DNA of 64,000 nt, taken from positions 1 through 64,000 of the forward strand of contig CAWEZH010000001.1 in the NCBI GenBank assembly GCA_963813535.1, read 5' to 3'. The notes below the pieces were generated by a model. The model did not search any database. It had not been told where the DNA came from and saw only the letters and a program-made list of their open reading frames with translations. Positions 28,006 through 37,763 of the stretch are shown here, piece after piece (position 1 is the stretch's first letter; every line of letters starts with the position of its first letter). A program made the position numbers and the translations under genes. Source of the DNA: an uncultured Chloroflexia bacterium. Lineage in GTDB: Bacteria; Chloroflexota; Limnocylindria; Limnocylindrales; CSP1-4.

Positions 28006-29666
28006 CGGTCGGTCGGCCACTCGGCCCGATCGTGCTCGCCCGCGGGACACATGGCGCGGTCGTGGCGCCACACCACCTCGCGACGGCGGCGGGACTCGGC
28101 GTCCTGCGCCAGGGTGGTTCGGCGGTCGATGCCGCCATCGCGACCAATGCGGTCCTGGCCGTCGTGGTGCCCGGCAGCTGCGGGATCGGCGGCGACGCCT
28201 TCTGGCTGATCTGGGACGCGGCGACCGGGAAACAGCTCGCCCTGAACGGTTCGGGTCGTGCGGCGGCGGGTGTCGACGCGACGCGGCTGCGCGACGCCGG
28301 TCATCGCCGCGTGCCGTTTCGCGGGCCGTTGAGCATCACGGTCCCCGGAGCGGTCCGATCCTGGGGCGATGCGCATCGGCGGTTCGGGCGGCTGTCGCGG
28401 GACGTCGTGCTGGGCCCGGCCATCGAGCTGGCACGGGACGGCTTCCCCGCCTCCGACGAGTTCGTGGGCGACGTCGAGGGGATGTCGCCCGTCGCGCGGG
28501 AGGCAACGGGTGTCGATGCCTTCGACACGGTCTTTCGACCGCTCGGTCGGTCCTGGCGACCGGGCGAGCGCGTCCGCCTCCCGGCGCTCGCCGCGACGCT
28601 CGACACGCTGGCTCGGGACGGCTTCGACGCCTTCTACGACGGAGACGTCGGCGAGCGGCAGGCACGCGCATTGGCGGCTGCCGGTTCCCCGATCACCGTC
28701 GACGATCTGCGCTCGCACTCCTCGACCTGGGGCGACCCGATCGGCATCGACTACCGCGGCGTCCGTGCGACGTCGCACCCTCCGAACAGTTCGGGCGTCG
28801 TCGCGCTCGAGATCCTCGGCATCCTGGCGCAGTTCGATCCGCCGGCGGCCGGGGACTTCGGCCCGGCCGGCGTCGCCGACGCGGAATGGATCCACCTCGG
28901 GCTGGAGGCGTCCAAGCTCGCGCTGGCCGATCGCGACGCCTATCTCACGGACCCCGACGTCCGTGACGTCCCAGTCGCGGAGCTCCTGGACCCGCAGCGG
29001 CTGGCGTCGCTCGCCGCACGGATCGATCGGGGGCGGGCCGCGCGACCCGTCCCGGCGACGAACCCGCCGGGCGGCGGGACGATCTTCCTCGCTACGGTCG
29101 ATGGCGACGGCAATGCGGTCAGCCTGATCGAGTCGAACTGGGCAGGCTTCGGCTCGGGCGTGGTCGATCCGGACACCGGGATCCACTACCAGAACCGGGG
29201 CAGCTACTTCAGCCTCGACGCCGATCACGCCAACGTCATCGCCCCTCGCAAGCGGACGCTCCACACGCTGCTCCCCGGGATGCTGTTCCGTGACGGCCAG
29301 CCGGGTCCCTGGATCGTCGTGGGTTCGATGGGCGGTGACGCCCAGCCGCAGATCCATGCCCAGTTCGTGAGCGCCGTCGTCGACGGCGGGGTCGATATCG
29401 CGACCGCGGTCGCCGCGCCACGCTGGTACGTCTCCCCGCGCGAATTGCTGGCGCCACCGATCGACGTCCACCTCGAACCGCGCCACGCGCCCGGCATCGC
29501 CGAGGCCCTGCGCGACCTCGGCCACGACCTCGTTCCGACGGCACCGTTCGACAGCAACCTCGGGCACCAGCACGCGATCGAGCTGGTTGATGGCGGGCCG
29601 GCCGAGGGCGGGTCGCTTGCGGCCACCACCGACCCGCGCAGCGAGGGCCTCCCCGCCCTGTGGTGA
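28002..29666 (+). CDS. ggt: Gamma-glutamyltransferase family protein
   Basis: GGSAVDAAIA, GIGGDAF, catalytic Thr in GTIFLATVDGDGNAVS, GSMGGDAQPQ and DPRSEG. Confidence 0.93.
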   Translation: MTVGRPLGPIVLARGTHGAVVAPHHLATAAGLGVLRQGGSAVDAAIATNAVLAVVVPGSCGIGGDAFWLIWDAATGKQLALNGSGRAAAGVDATRLRDAGHRRVPFRGPLSITVPGAVRSWGDAHRRFGRLSRDVVLGPAIELARDGFPASDEFVGDVEGMSPVAREATGVDAFDTVFRPLGRSWRPGERVRLPALAATLDTLARDGFDAFYDGDVGERQARALAAAGSPITVDDLRSHSSTWGDPIGIDYRGVRATSHPPNSSGVVALEILGILAQFDPPAAGDFGPAGVADAEWIHLGLEASKLALADRDAYLTDPDVRDVPVAELLDPQRLASLAARIDRGRAARPVPATNPPGGGTIFLATVDGDGNAVSLIESNWAGFGSGVVDPDTGIHYQNRGSYFSLDADHANVIAPRKRTLHTLLPGMLFRDGQPGPWIVVGSMGGDAQPQIHAQFVSAVVDGGVDIATAVAAPRWYVSPRELLAPPIDVHLEPRHAPGIAEALRDLGHDLVPTAPFDSNLGHQHAIELVDGGPAEGGSLAATTDPRSEGLPALW

Positions 29667-29770
29667 CGCAAAGGTCTTGTGCGATACTCCACGGCGCCGG
29701 TGACGGGCGAGCGCTCACACGACGCCGTCACCGGCATCTCCTCGTCGAGCGCGCGTAGTCGGAGGGGCCC

Positions 29771-30043
29771 GTGACCTCGAACGTGGCACAGAACTACCCG
29801 TACACGAGCGAGAGCGAAGCCGACCGGGCCGCGACCATCGAACGGCTCGTCTCCGAGCGTGAGGGTCTGGCCGCCACGATCGACGCCGGGGCGAGGCCGC
29901 TCGACGGCAACGACCGCTGGTGGGTCTGGAAATGCCCGACCCGTGGCTGCCCCGGGCTGCTGCACGCCGCGGGCTACGCGGCCGACAAGCACGCCGTGTT
30001 CGTCGTCTGCGACGGGACCTGCGGAAAGACGTTCCTGCGCTGA
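29771..30043 (+). CDS. Small Cys/His-rich (putative zinc-binding) protein
   Basis: GGAGGGG RBS; CPTRGC...H...CDGTC. Confidence 0.8.
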   Translation: MTSNVAQNYPYTSESEADRAATIERLVSEREGLAATIDAGARPLDGNDRWWVWKCPTRGCPGLLHAAGYAADKHAVFVVCDGTCGKTFLR

Positions 30044-30120
30044 GCGACCCCGTCCCACCCGCCGCCCCTCCCGCGCCGGAGCCGACCGAGGACCTCGCCA
30101 CCAGCCGACGTCGCGTCCTG

Positions 30121-30882
30121 ATGGATGGCGCCGGGATCGCCGTCGCCGCGCTGGGGTTCGGGTTCGTCTACGGGTTATCGGCACGGCAGGCCGGGTTCTC
30201 GCCGATCGAAGCCATGGCGATGAGCGTGATCGTCTTCGGTGGCGCGGCCCAGTTCGCCGCCGTTGGCTACGTGGCCAGCGGCCTCCCGTGGCCCGGCATC
30301 GTGCTCCTGACGGCGCTGCTCAATGCGCGCCACCTCCTGTATTCCGCGGCGCTCGGCCCGTGGCTGCGGCAGATCCCCTTCACCCGCCGGGCGGTGATGG
30401 CACACCTTCTGACCGACGAGGCGTTCGCGCTCTCGATCGCCCATTTCCGGCGCCTCGGACGGACGGACGAGTGGGGCTACTGGTTCGGGGCGATCGTCGC
30501 GACCTTCATCCCCTGGAACATCGCCACGATGGCCGGGGTCCTCCTCGGCGGCCAGATCCCGGACCCCGCACGCTTCGGCATCGACATCATCTTCCCGGCG
30601 GCGATGATCGGTCTCGCGGTCGGCTTGATCTCCGGTCGGCGGGAGCTCGTGGCCGCGATGGTCGGGGCGGCCATCGGCGTGCTCGTCGCGCTCGCAACGA
30701 GCCCGGCGATCGGCATCATCGCGGGTGGCCTGGTCGGACCGGTCGTCGGCCTCGTCGTGCCTGAAAGCCTGGCCCGCGAGACGGCGCCGCTCGGCTCGCT
30801 CCGATCGGCCGACCGGTTCGTCATGCCCGGTTCGCACATCACGCCGCCGCCGGATACCGACGACCCAGGAGCCGAGCGATGA
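30121..30882 (+). CDS. azlC: AzlC-family branched-chain amino acid exporter subunit
   Basis: FGGAAQF, NARHLLYS and LTDEAFA. The start may be earlier (in-frame CTG at 30040 overlapping the upstream stop). Confidence 0.9.
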   Translation: MDGAGIAVAALGFGFVYGLSARQAGFSPIEAMAMSVIVFGGAAQFAAVGYVASGLPWPGIVLLTALLNARHLLYSAALGPWLRQIPFTRRAVMAHLLTDEAFALSIAHFRRLGRTDEWGYWFGAIVATFIPWNIATMAGVLLGGQIPDPARFGIDIIFPAAMIGLAVGLISGRRELVAAMVGAAIGVLVALATSPAIGIIAGGLVGPVVGLVVPESLARETAPLGSLRSADRFVMPGSHITPPPDTDDPGAER

Positions 30883-31223
30883 GCACCGACCTCGTCGGCC
30901 TGGCCGTCCTCATGTTCCTCGTCACCTATCCGACCCGCGCCGTGGGCCTCCTGACACCCGGGATGGAGCGATTGCCCCAGAAGGCCCTCGACTATCTCCA
31001 GCTCGTCGGGCCGGCCATCCTCGCCGCGCTCGCGGCGGTCAGCGTGATGGTCGTGATCGACGACTCGGGCAGGCCGATGTTCCACATCGGCATCGAGTGG
31101 ATCGCGGTCCTCGCCTGTCTCGCCGTCACGGCCTGGCGACGCAACCTGCTGCTGGGTCTCATCGCCGCGGTGGGCATCGTCGTCATCGCCCGCGCGACGG
31201 GCTTCGCGGCGCTCCCCGTCTGA
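30879..31223 (+). CDS. azlD: AzlD-family membrane protein
   Basis: Small 4-TM protein with VTYPTR; ATGA overlap with azlC. Confidence 0.85.
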   Translation: MSTDLVGLAVLMFLVTYPTRAVGLLTPGMERLPQKALDYLQLVGPAILAALAAVSVMVVIDDSGRPMFHIGIEWIAVLACLAVTAWRRNLLLGLIAAVGIVVIARATGFAALPV

Positions 31224-31228
31224 CTTCC

Positions 31229-31624
31229 TCAGCCGACCCGGCGGGCGTCGACCTCGATCTCGACCAGCAGGCTCGGGTGCATCAACCCGGCGACCGCGAC
31301 CATCGTGGCGGCCGGCCGGATGTCCCGGAAGACCTCGCCGTGGACGGCTGACAGCTCGTCGGACAGGCTCATGTCGACGACGAACATGCGGGTCCGGACG
31401 ACGTCGAAGAGGGTGAACCCGCCCTCGATCAGGGCCCGCTCGATGATCGTGAAGATCGCCCGCGCCTGTCCGGTCACGTCCCCGGGATGCTGGGACGCTC
31501 CATCGGGTCCGGCGTCGGTCGTGCCGGCGACCCAGCACGTGTCGCCGATGGCCACTGCCCGGCTGTAGCCCGCGACCGACTCCCACGGCCCTCCCGACGA
31601 GATCCGTTTCCGGCCGCTCGTCAT
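31229..31624 (-). CDS. Rid (YjgF/UK114) family protein, probably a subfamily lacking the catalytic Arg
   Basis: WESVAGYSRAV and VEIEVDA; RPAATMV where canonical RidA has PARS. Confidence 0.88.
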   Translation of the reverse strand: MTSGRKRISSGGPWESVAGYSRAVAIGDTCWVAGTTDAGPDGASQHPGDVTGQARAIFTIIERALIEGGFTLFDVVRTRMFVVDMSLSDELSAVHGEVFRDIRPAATMVAVAGLMHPSLLVEIEVDARRVG

Positions 31625-32865
31625 GCGTGCCGGAACCGGGGATCATCATCACGCCACGCCATGATGTCCGGGTCGCGCGCGATCGCCAGCAGCAACCCGG
31701 CGAGCATCGTGGTCCGCGGGACGATCGAGTCGACCTCGAGATACTCCGCTGGGGAGTGGTCGTTGCCGCCGATCGGTCCAAGACCGTCGAGCGTCGGGAC
31801 GCCCATCCCGGACGTGGTGTTCGCGTCCGACGCGCCGCCGGTCGCCGCCTCCGCGACCGAGAACTCGAGACGCCGGGCGATGGCCTGGGCATGCTCGACG
31901 AGCCGACCCGAGCGCTCCAGTCGTTCCATCGGCAGCCAGGCGATCCGGACATCCGTCTCGATCGTCGTATCGGAATCCTCGGTGGCAGCCGCGATGTCGC
32001 GGACCGCGCCCTCGGCCGCATGCAGCCCCTCGGCAGTGGTCGCCCGGACATCGACCTCGAGATCGCAGCGCTCGGCGACGACGTTGGGACGCGTCCCGCC
32101 CGAGATCCGTCCGACGTTGACGGTGACCCCCGTCCAGCGGCCATTGAGCGCGTGCAACTCGCGGACGACCCGGGCAGCTTCGAGGATGGCGCTGCGGCCC
32201 TTCTCCGGCTCGACACCGGCATGGGCCGCCCGGCCGTGGACGGTGAGGCGCGTATCGAGGATGCCCTTCCGGGCCGACACGATGTCGCCGTTGGCGCGGG
32301 CGCACTCGAGGACGAGGCACGCGTCGACGTCCGCGGCCGCCGCGACGATGTGGTCGCGTGAGCTCGGCGAGCCGATCTCCTCGTCGGGGTTGGCGATGAA
32401 CCTCAGTCGCTCGAACGGCAGCTCGCCGACCTCCGCGAGGATCGCCTGCAGCGAGTAGAGCCCCGCCAGCAGCCCGGACTTCATGTCGGTCACGCCTGGG
32501 CCGTGGGCGATCCCCTCGTCGATCCGGAATGGACGGGCAGCCGCCGTACCCGGATCGAAGACGGTGTCCATGTGGCCGATCAGCAGGACCCGCGGCCGTC
32601 CGGGGGTGCCGGTGAACGTCCCGACGACGGTCGCCCCGTACTGCTTCGACGGGTCGGGTCGTACGTCGACCTGCGCGCCGAGCCGCTCGAGGAACGCGCT
32701 CGTCCAACGGCCGACCTCGTCGACACCATCGGGTGTGTACGACCCGCAGTCGATGTTCACGAGCCGCTCGAGGTCGGCCAGGTAGTCGCTGAAGTCGGCG
32801 GAGATCGTCGCGCGCAGCGCGTCGAGCTCAAGCACCGCACCGGCTCCGGTCGTCTCGGTCGCCAC
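31621..32865 (-). CDS. M20 metallopeptidase (glutamate carboxypeptidase-like)
   Basis: IGHMDTV, GPGVTDMK, DEEIGS, GGASDAN and HSPAE. Confidence 0.93.
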   Translation of the reverse strand: MATETTGAGAVLELDALRATISADFSDYLADLERLVNIDCGSYTPDGVDEVGRWTSAFLERLGAQVDVRPDPSKQYGATVVGTFTGTPGRPRVLLIGHMDTVFDPGTAAARPFRIDEGIAHGPGVTDMKSGLLAGLYSLQAILAEVGELPFERLRFIANPDEEIGSPSSRDHIVAAAADVDACLVLECARANGDIVSARKGILDTRLTVHGRAAHAGVEPEKGRSAILEAARVVRELHALNGRWTGVTVNVGRISGGTRPNVVAERCDLEVDVRATTAEGLHAAEGAVRDIAAATEDSDTTIETDVRIAWLPMERLERSGRLVEHAQAIARRLEFSVAEAATGGASDANTTSGMGVPTLDGLGPIGGNDHSPAEYLEVDSIVPRTTMLAGLLLAIARDPDIMAWRDDDPRFRHA

Positions 32866-32910
32866 GGCGGCAGTCTAGCGACCACGTCGTGTTGCTATCC
32901 TGCCCGGACC

Positions 32911-34680
32911 GTGCGCGTGATCGAGATCCGCCTGCTGGAGGGACCCAACGTCTACCGGCTGGAGCCGGTGGTCAAGGTGGAACTCGCGGTCGGCCGGCGA
33001 CGGACCTGGTACGGACAGCGCGATCCCGGGCGCCACGCGATCGTCCGGCTCGGGGCGGCGGTCCCGGCGCGGGACTGGCCGGACCCCGTCGCCGCGATCG
33101 TGGCGTGGGTCCGTCGACTCCGCGCTCAGCACGACGAGGGGCGCGGCGGACTGGCCGTCCACCGGTCGTCAGACCCGGGCCACTGGATCATCACCTACCC
33201 GTGGAGCGGCGAGGAGCGGGCACGCCTCCTGACCGAGGCTGCCCTGGCGCTGGCGGATCGCGACGTCTCGCCCTCGCGGACCGCGCAGCTGACGGGTGCG
33301 CAGGAGCGGCTGCTTGCCCGCTGGACCGAGCGGATCGCAGCGGCACGAACGACGCCCCCGCCCTGGGTCCGCGACGCCGACCGGCGGATGCCCGCCGTCT
33401 CGATCTCCGGGACGAACGGGAAGTCGACGGTATCGCGGTTGATCACCCACATCCTGCTGCGGGCGGGCCAGCACGTCGGCATGACGACGTCGGACGGTGT
33501 CCTCATCGACGAGCGGATGATCGAGCCGGGCGACTGGACGGGACCGGGCGGCGCCCAGCAGGTCCTGCGCCGATCCGACATCGACGTCGCCGTCCTGGAG
33601 ACCGCCCGTGGCGGGATCGTGCTGCGCGGCATGGGCTACGAGTCGAATGACGCGTCGGTGCTGACCAACGTCTCGTCCGATCACCTCGACCTGCAGGGCA
33701 TCCATACGCTCCCCGAGCTGGCCGAGGTCAAGTCGACGATCTGCCGCGTGACGAAGCCGTCGGGCTGGGTCGTGCTCAACGGCGACGATCCGCTGGTCGC
33801 ATCGATCGCCCGGCGCGTCCGTGCCCACGTCGCCTACTTCTCGATAGCGACCGGCGCCTTGCCCTCCGTCGTCCGCCGGCACGTCCGTGGCGGTGGTCGG
33901 GCCTACGTGGTTCGCGACGGCTATCTCACCGAGCTCGAGGGTGCCCGGTCTTCACCCATCGTCGACATCGGGCGGGTGCCGATCACGATCGCCGGGCTCG
34001 CCCGCCACAACGTCGCGAATGCGCTCGCCGCCGCGGGTGGTGCGCGTGGGATGGGCGCAACCCTCGCCCAGATCCGCGACGGATTGACGGACTTCGCGCC
34101 GTCGGCCGAGCGCTCACCGGGACGCCTGAACCTGTTCCGTCTCGGAGCACGGGTGGTGATCGTCGACTTCGCCCACAACGAAGCCGGCATCGACGCCGTC
34201 ATGGATGTCGCGGAGGGCATCGCGGCCGGTGGCGCGGGCCGTGCGTCACCCATCACGGCGATCATCGGGACCGCCGGGGACCGGCCGGACGACACGCTGC
34301 GCGGAATCGGGCGGATCGCGGCGATGCGCGCCCAGCGGGTCGCGATCAAGGAGACGCGCAAGTATCTCCGCGGCCGAACGGCGCCCTCGGTCGTCGGCGA
34401 GCTCTTGGCGGGCGTGAAAGCCGGCGGCGGGACGACCGCCGACGTCCCGGTCTACCGCTCCGAGACAGCCGCCCTGAAGGCCGAGTTGAATGGGGCCGGT
34501 GGGGCGGCTACCGGGCACGGCCGCGGTACCGACGCTCCCCGGGTCATCGTCCTGATGTGCCATGAGGAACGCGACGAGGTCTTCGAGCTCCTGGCGTCGC
34601 TCGGCGCCCGCCCGGTCGACATCGCGTCCGAGCTCACCACCATCGTGCCGCGACTCCAGGAGCGCCAACGCCGCGGCTGA
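32911..34680 (+). CDS. Cyanophycin synthetase-like protein: N domain + Mur-ligase domain, no ATP-grasp domain
   Basis: N-terminus IEIRLLEGPNVY parallels CphA ILETRVLRGPNYW. GTNGKST occurs at about residue 167, followed by LETARGG, TNVSSDHL, PGRLN, DFAHN and GDR. Confidence 0.85.
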   Translation: MRVIEIRLLEGPNVYRLEPVVKVELAVGRRRTWYGQRDPGRHAIVRLGAAVPARDWPDPVAAIVAWVRRLRAQHDEGRGGLAVHRSSDPGHWIITYPWSGEERARLLTEAALALADRDVSPSRTAQLTGAQERLLARWTERIAAARTTPPPWVRDADRRMPAVSISGTNGKSTVSRLITHILLRAGQHVGMTTSDGVLIDERMIEPGDWTGPGGAQQVLRRSDIDVAVLETARGGIVLRGMGYESNDASVLTNVSSDHLDLQGIHTLPELAEVKSTICRVTKPSGWVVLNGDDPLVASIARRVRAHVAYFSIATGALPSVVRRHVRGGGRAYVVRDGYLTELEGARSSPIVDIGRVPITIAGLARHNVANALAAAGGARGMGATLAQIRDGLTDFAPSAERSPGRLNLFRLGARVVIVDFAHNEAGIDAVMDVAEGIAAGGAGRASPITAIIGTAGDRPDDTLRGIGRIAAMRAQRVAIKETRKYLRGRTAPSVVGELLAGVKAGGGTTADVPVYRSETAALKAELNGAGGAATGHGRGTDAPRVIVLMCHEERDEVFELLASLGARPVDIASELTTIVPRLQERQRRG

Positions 34681-34792
34681 TGGCGATCACGGCCACGCGG
34701 GCGAGCCTTGCGAGCGGCCAGCAGCGGGGCGCATGATGCGCGTGAGGCGCCAGTCGGACGATCCGGCACGCCACGACGGAGGGATCGGATCC

Positions 34793-34888
34793 GTGGAGCA
34801 GGTGATCGGCATCGCCCTGATCGTGATCGCGGCCCTGGAGATCGTATTCATCATCCGGGCCGTCCAGGCGAACATGGGTCGCGCCTGA
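34793..34888 (+). CDS. Putative 31-aa single-TM small protein
   Basis: GGAGGG upstream of GTG; MEQVIGIALIVIAALEIVFIIRAVQANMGRA; GC-biased codon use. Confidence 0.6.
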   Translation: MEQVIGIALIVIAALEIVFIIRAVQANMGRA

Positions 34889-34918
34889 TCGACCCCTCGC
34901 GCCGCGACGCGGCGCGCC

Positions 34919-36052
34919 TCAACGTTCGCGATCGGCCACCAGCAACCCGTCGTCGACGGACCAGCCGAGCCTGACCTGGTCCCCACGCTGGAGTTCGCGC
35001 CCGTGCGACTCGCGTGGTTCTCTGACCGAGATGCGCTGGCCGGTGCCGAGCGCGAGGTGGTACTTGGTGTCGGGCCCGAGATACAGGACCTCGTCGACGG
35101 TGGCATCGATGAGATTCGTCGTGCCGTCGCTGGCCGTCTCCCCGTCCACGATGCGCATCCGCTCGGGCCGCACGACCAGTGCCGCCGCCGTTCCCGACGC
35201 GAGCACGGCACGCTCCGCGGCCGCCCGCCCGACCCGCCAGCGCGTGTCGCCCCAGTCCATCCAGCCGCCGTCACCGCCGTCGACTTCGTACCGGCCGCGA
35301 AGGATATTCGATTCGCCGATGAAGTCGGCCACGAACAGCGACTCGGGTCGGTCGTACAGGTCCTCGCCCGTCCCCAACTGCTCGATCCGCCCGTCACTGA
35401 AGATGGCGATCCGGTCGCTCATCACGAGCGCCTCTTCCTGGTCGTGGGTCACGTAGAGCACCGTCGCGCCCAGCTCCCGGCTCACCCGGATGATCTCGAG
35501 CTGGAGCGATTCGCGAAGTTTCCGGTCGAGCGCCCCGAGCGGCTCGTCCATGAGCAGGAGGCGAGGCTCGAACACGACTGCTCGCGCAAGCGCGATGCGC
35601 TGCTGCTGCCCGCCGGATAGCTGCCGCGGATAGCGGTTCCCGAGGTCGGCCAGCTTCACGAGGCCCAGCGCATCCGCCACGCGCCGCTGGATCTCCGGCC
35701 GCGGCAGCCGGCGCATACGCAGCGGGAAGGCGACGTTGTCGGCCGCCGTCATGTGCGGGAACAGCGCGTAGTTCTGGAAGACCATCCCCACGTCGCGGCG
35801 GTACGGCGGCACGCGGGTCATGTCCGTGCCGTCGATCTCGATGGAGCCGGCAGTGGGGCTCATGAAGCCCGCGACCATCCGCAGGGTCGTGGTCTTGCCC
35901 GAACCCGACGGGCCGAGCAGCGTCAGGAACTCCCCTGGGAGGACATCCAGGTCGATGCCGTCGACCGCGACCGCGCTGCCGAAGACCTTGCGCAGGCCGC
36001 GCAGGACGAGCGCCGGATGCTGGGTGCCGGTCGGCGCGCTAGTGCCGGTCAT
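34919..36052 (-). CDS. PotA-like polyamine ABC transporter ATPase
   Basis: GPSGSGKTT, VFQNYALFPH, LSGGQQQR and a TOBE-like C-terminus. Confidence 0.92.
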   Translation of the reverse strand: MTGTSAPTGTQHPALVLRGLRKVFGSAVAVDGIDLDVLPGEFLTLLGPSGSGKTTTLRMVAGFMSPTAGSIEIDGTDMTRVPPYRRDVGMVFQNYALFPHMTAADNVAFPLRMRRLPRPEIQRRVADALGLVKLADLGNRYPRQLSGGQQQRIALARAVVFEPRLLLMDEPLGALDRKLRESLQLEIIRVSRELGATVLYVTHDQEEALVMSDRIAIFSDGRIEQLGTGEDLYDRPESLFVADFIGESNILRGRYEVDGGDGGWMDWGDTRWRVGRAAAERAVLASGTAAALVVRPERMRIVDGETASDGTTNLIDATVDEVLYLGPDTKYHLALGTGQRISVREPRESHGRELQRGDQVRLGWSVDDGLLVADRER

Positions 36053-36846
36053 TGCGCCGGGGCCTGTCGCCGGACGACGACCAGCAGGAGCAGCAACACC
36101 GTCGTCACGACCAGCAGGGTGGTGGAGACCGCGGCGACGGTGGGGTCGACGGCCTGGCGGACCTGCTCCCACATCTCCACGGGCAGCGTCCTGAACCGCG
36201 CCGACGTCATGAAGATCGCGACGACCACCTCATCCCACGACGTGATGAACGCGAAGATCGCGCCCGTGAGGACGCCCGGCAGGATGATCGGTAACGTGAT
36301 GTGGGCGAATGTCCGGCGCGGATCGGCGCCGAGGTTCGCGGCGGCGAGCTCCAGGTTGCGATCCATCGTCCGGAGCGATGTGCTGACGGCCACGGCGACG
36401 AACGGCAGCGCGAGCGCGGTGTGGGCGATCACCAGCCCGGGCAACGACCCGCTCAGTCGCCACTGGACGAACAATCCGAACATGCCGATGGCGATGACCA
36501 CGACGGGCACGATCAGCGGCGACAGGGCCAGGGCGTTGACCAGGGTCTTGCCACGGAAGCGTCCGCGGTTCAGGCCGAGCGCCACCAGCGTCCCGAGGAC
36601 CGTGGCGAGGATCGCGGTCAGGACCGCGACCTGGAGGCTGTTGACGATCCCGGTCGACCACTGCCGATCGGTCAGCATCTGCTCATACCACTGGAAGGTG
36701 AAACCCTCCGGCGGGAAGCTCAGGATCCGTGCCTCGGTGAAGCTCATCGGGACGATGACGAGCGTCGGGGCAAGCAGATAGAACACGGTCAGCGCGCCAA
36801 GGGCCGCCATGAGGATCCGCCGCGGCTGACGCCACGAGTCACTCAT
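36049..36846 (-). CDS. PotC-like ABC permease
   Basis: EAA-like loop (LELAAANLGA), SWDEVV and TLPV. Confidence 0.9.
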   Translation of the reverse strand: MSDSWRQPRRILMAALGALTVFYLLAPTLVIVPMSFTEARILSFPPEGFTFQWYEQMLTDRQWSTGIVNSLQVAVLTAILATVLGTLVALGLNRGRFRGKTLVNALALSPLIVPVVVIAIGMFGLFVQWRLSGSLPGLVIAHTALALPFVAVAVSTSLRTMDRNLELAAANLGADPRRTFAHITLPIILPGVLTGAIFAFITSWDEVVVAIFMTSARFRTLPVEMWEQVRQAVDPTVAAVSTTLLVVTTVLLLLLVVVRRQAPAQ

Positions 36847-36849
36847 CGA

Positions 36850-37737
36850 TCAGTCCTCGACCACGCTGCCGAAGACGTCCTGCAACTTGACCGCCCGGGA
36901 CGCCACGAAGAGGATCACCAGCGTGATCCCGACCAGCAGCACGCTCATCGCCGTCCCGAAGCCCCAATCGAGGCGTTGCTGGATCTGCTGCACGATGAGC
37001 TGGCTGATCATCTGGTCCCTCAACCCGCCGAGCAGCGCCGGCGTGATGTAGAACCCGAGCGCCAGGATGAATACGAGGAGGCAGCCCGCCAGGACGCCGG
37101 GAAGGCTGAGCGGGACGAAGATCCGAAGGAACGCCGACATCGGCGAGGCACCGAGGTTCGCCGCGGCACGGCTGAACTCGGGGTCGATCCTGCGCATCAC
37201 GGCATAGAGCGGCAGCACCATGAACGGCAGCAGGATGTGGGACATCCCGACGATCACCCCTCCGGTGGTGCGGATCAGAGTTAGGGGCTCGCTGATGACG
37301 CCGAGATCGAGCAGGAAGCGGTTGATGATTCCCGTGTCGCGCAGAAGTACCTGCCACGCGAAGGTCCGCACCAGCAGGCTTGACCAGAACGGGAGAAGCA
37401 CCGCGATCAGCAACAGCCCGGCCAGCCTGCCGGGCACGATCGTCATCAGGTAGGCGAACGGATAGCCGATCACGAGGCACACGACCGTCGCCAGGACGGC
37501 GATCCAGAACGTGTTGAGTAGGACCCGGACGTACGCCTCCTCGGCGAAGAAGCGTTCGTAGTTCGACAGCCCGGCACCCACCGGGTCGGTGACGCTCCTG
37601 ACGCTCATGGCCACGAGGGGCACGAGGAAGAACGCCACGAGGAACACCATCGCCGGCACGACCAGCCACGACCAACGGTCGCGGCGAGCGCCGATAAGGC
37701 CCGACCACGGGCGGCGGGCCTTACCGGTCGTCGACAT
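36850..37737 (-). CDS. PotB-like ABC permease
   Basis: PFWSSLLVRTFAW, LPFMVLPLY and GFYITPALLGG. Confidence 0.9.
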   Translation of the reverse strand: MSTTGKARRPWSGLIGARRDRWSWLVVPAMVFLVAFFLVPLVAMSVRSVTDPVGAGLSNYERFFAEEAYVRVLLNTFWIAVLATVVCLVIGYPFAYLMTIVPGRLAGLLLIAVLLPFWSSLLVRTFAWQVLLRDTGIINRFLLDLGVISEPLTLIRTTGGVIVGMSHILLPFMVLPLYAVMRRIDPEFSRAAANLGASPMSAFLRIFVPLSLPGVLAGCLLVFILALGFYITPALLGGLRDQMISQLIVQQIQQRLDWGFGTAMSVLLVGITLVILFVASRAVKLQDVFGSVVED

Positions 37738-37763
37738 CGGGTGCGCCTGTCTCGACTAGCGGA

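Noticed and set aside
32911-34680. Truncated cphA as a pseudogene or assembly artefact
   Set aside because: The ORF is intact with all Mur motifs, has its own -10 element, and is strongly diverged from the full cphA.
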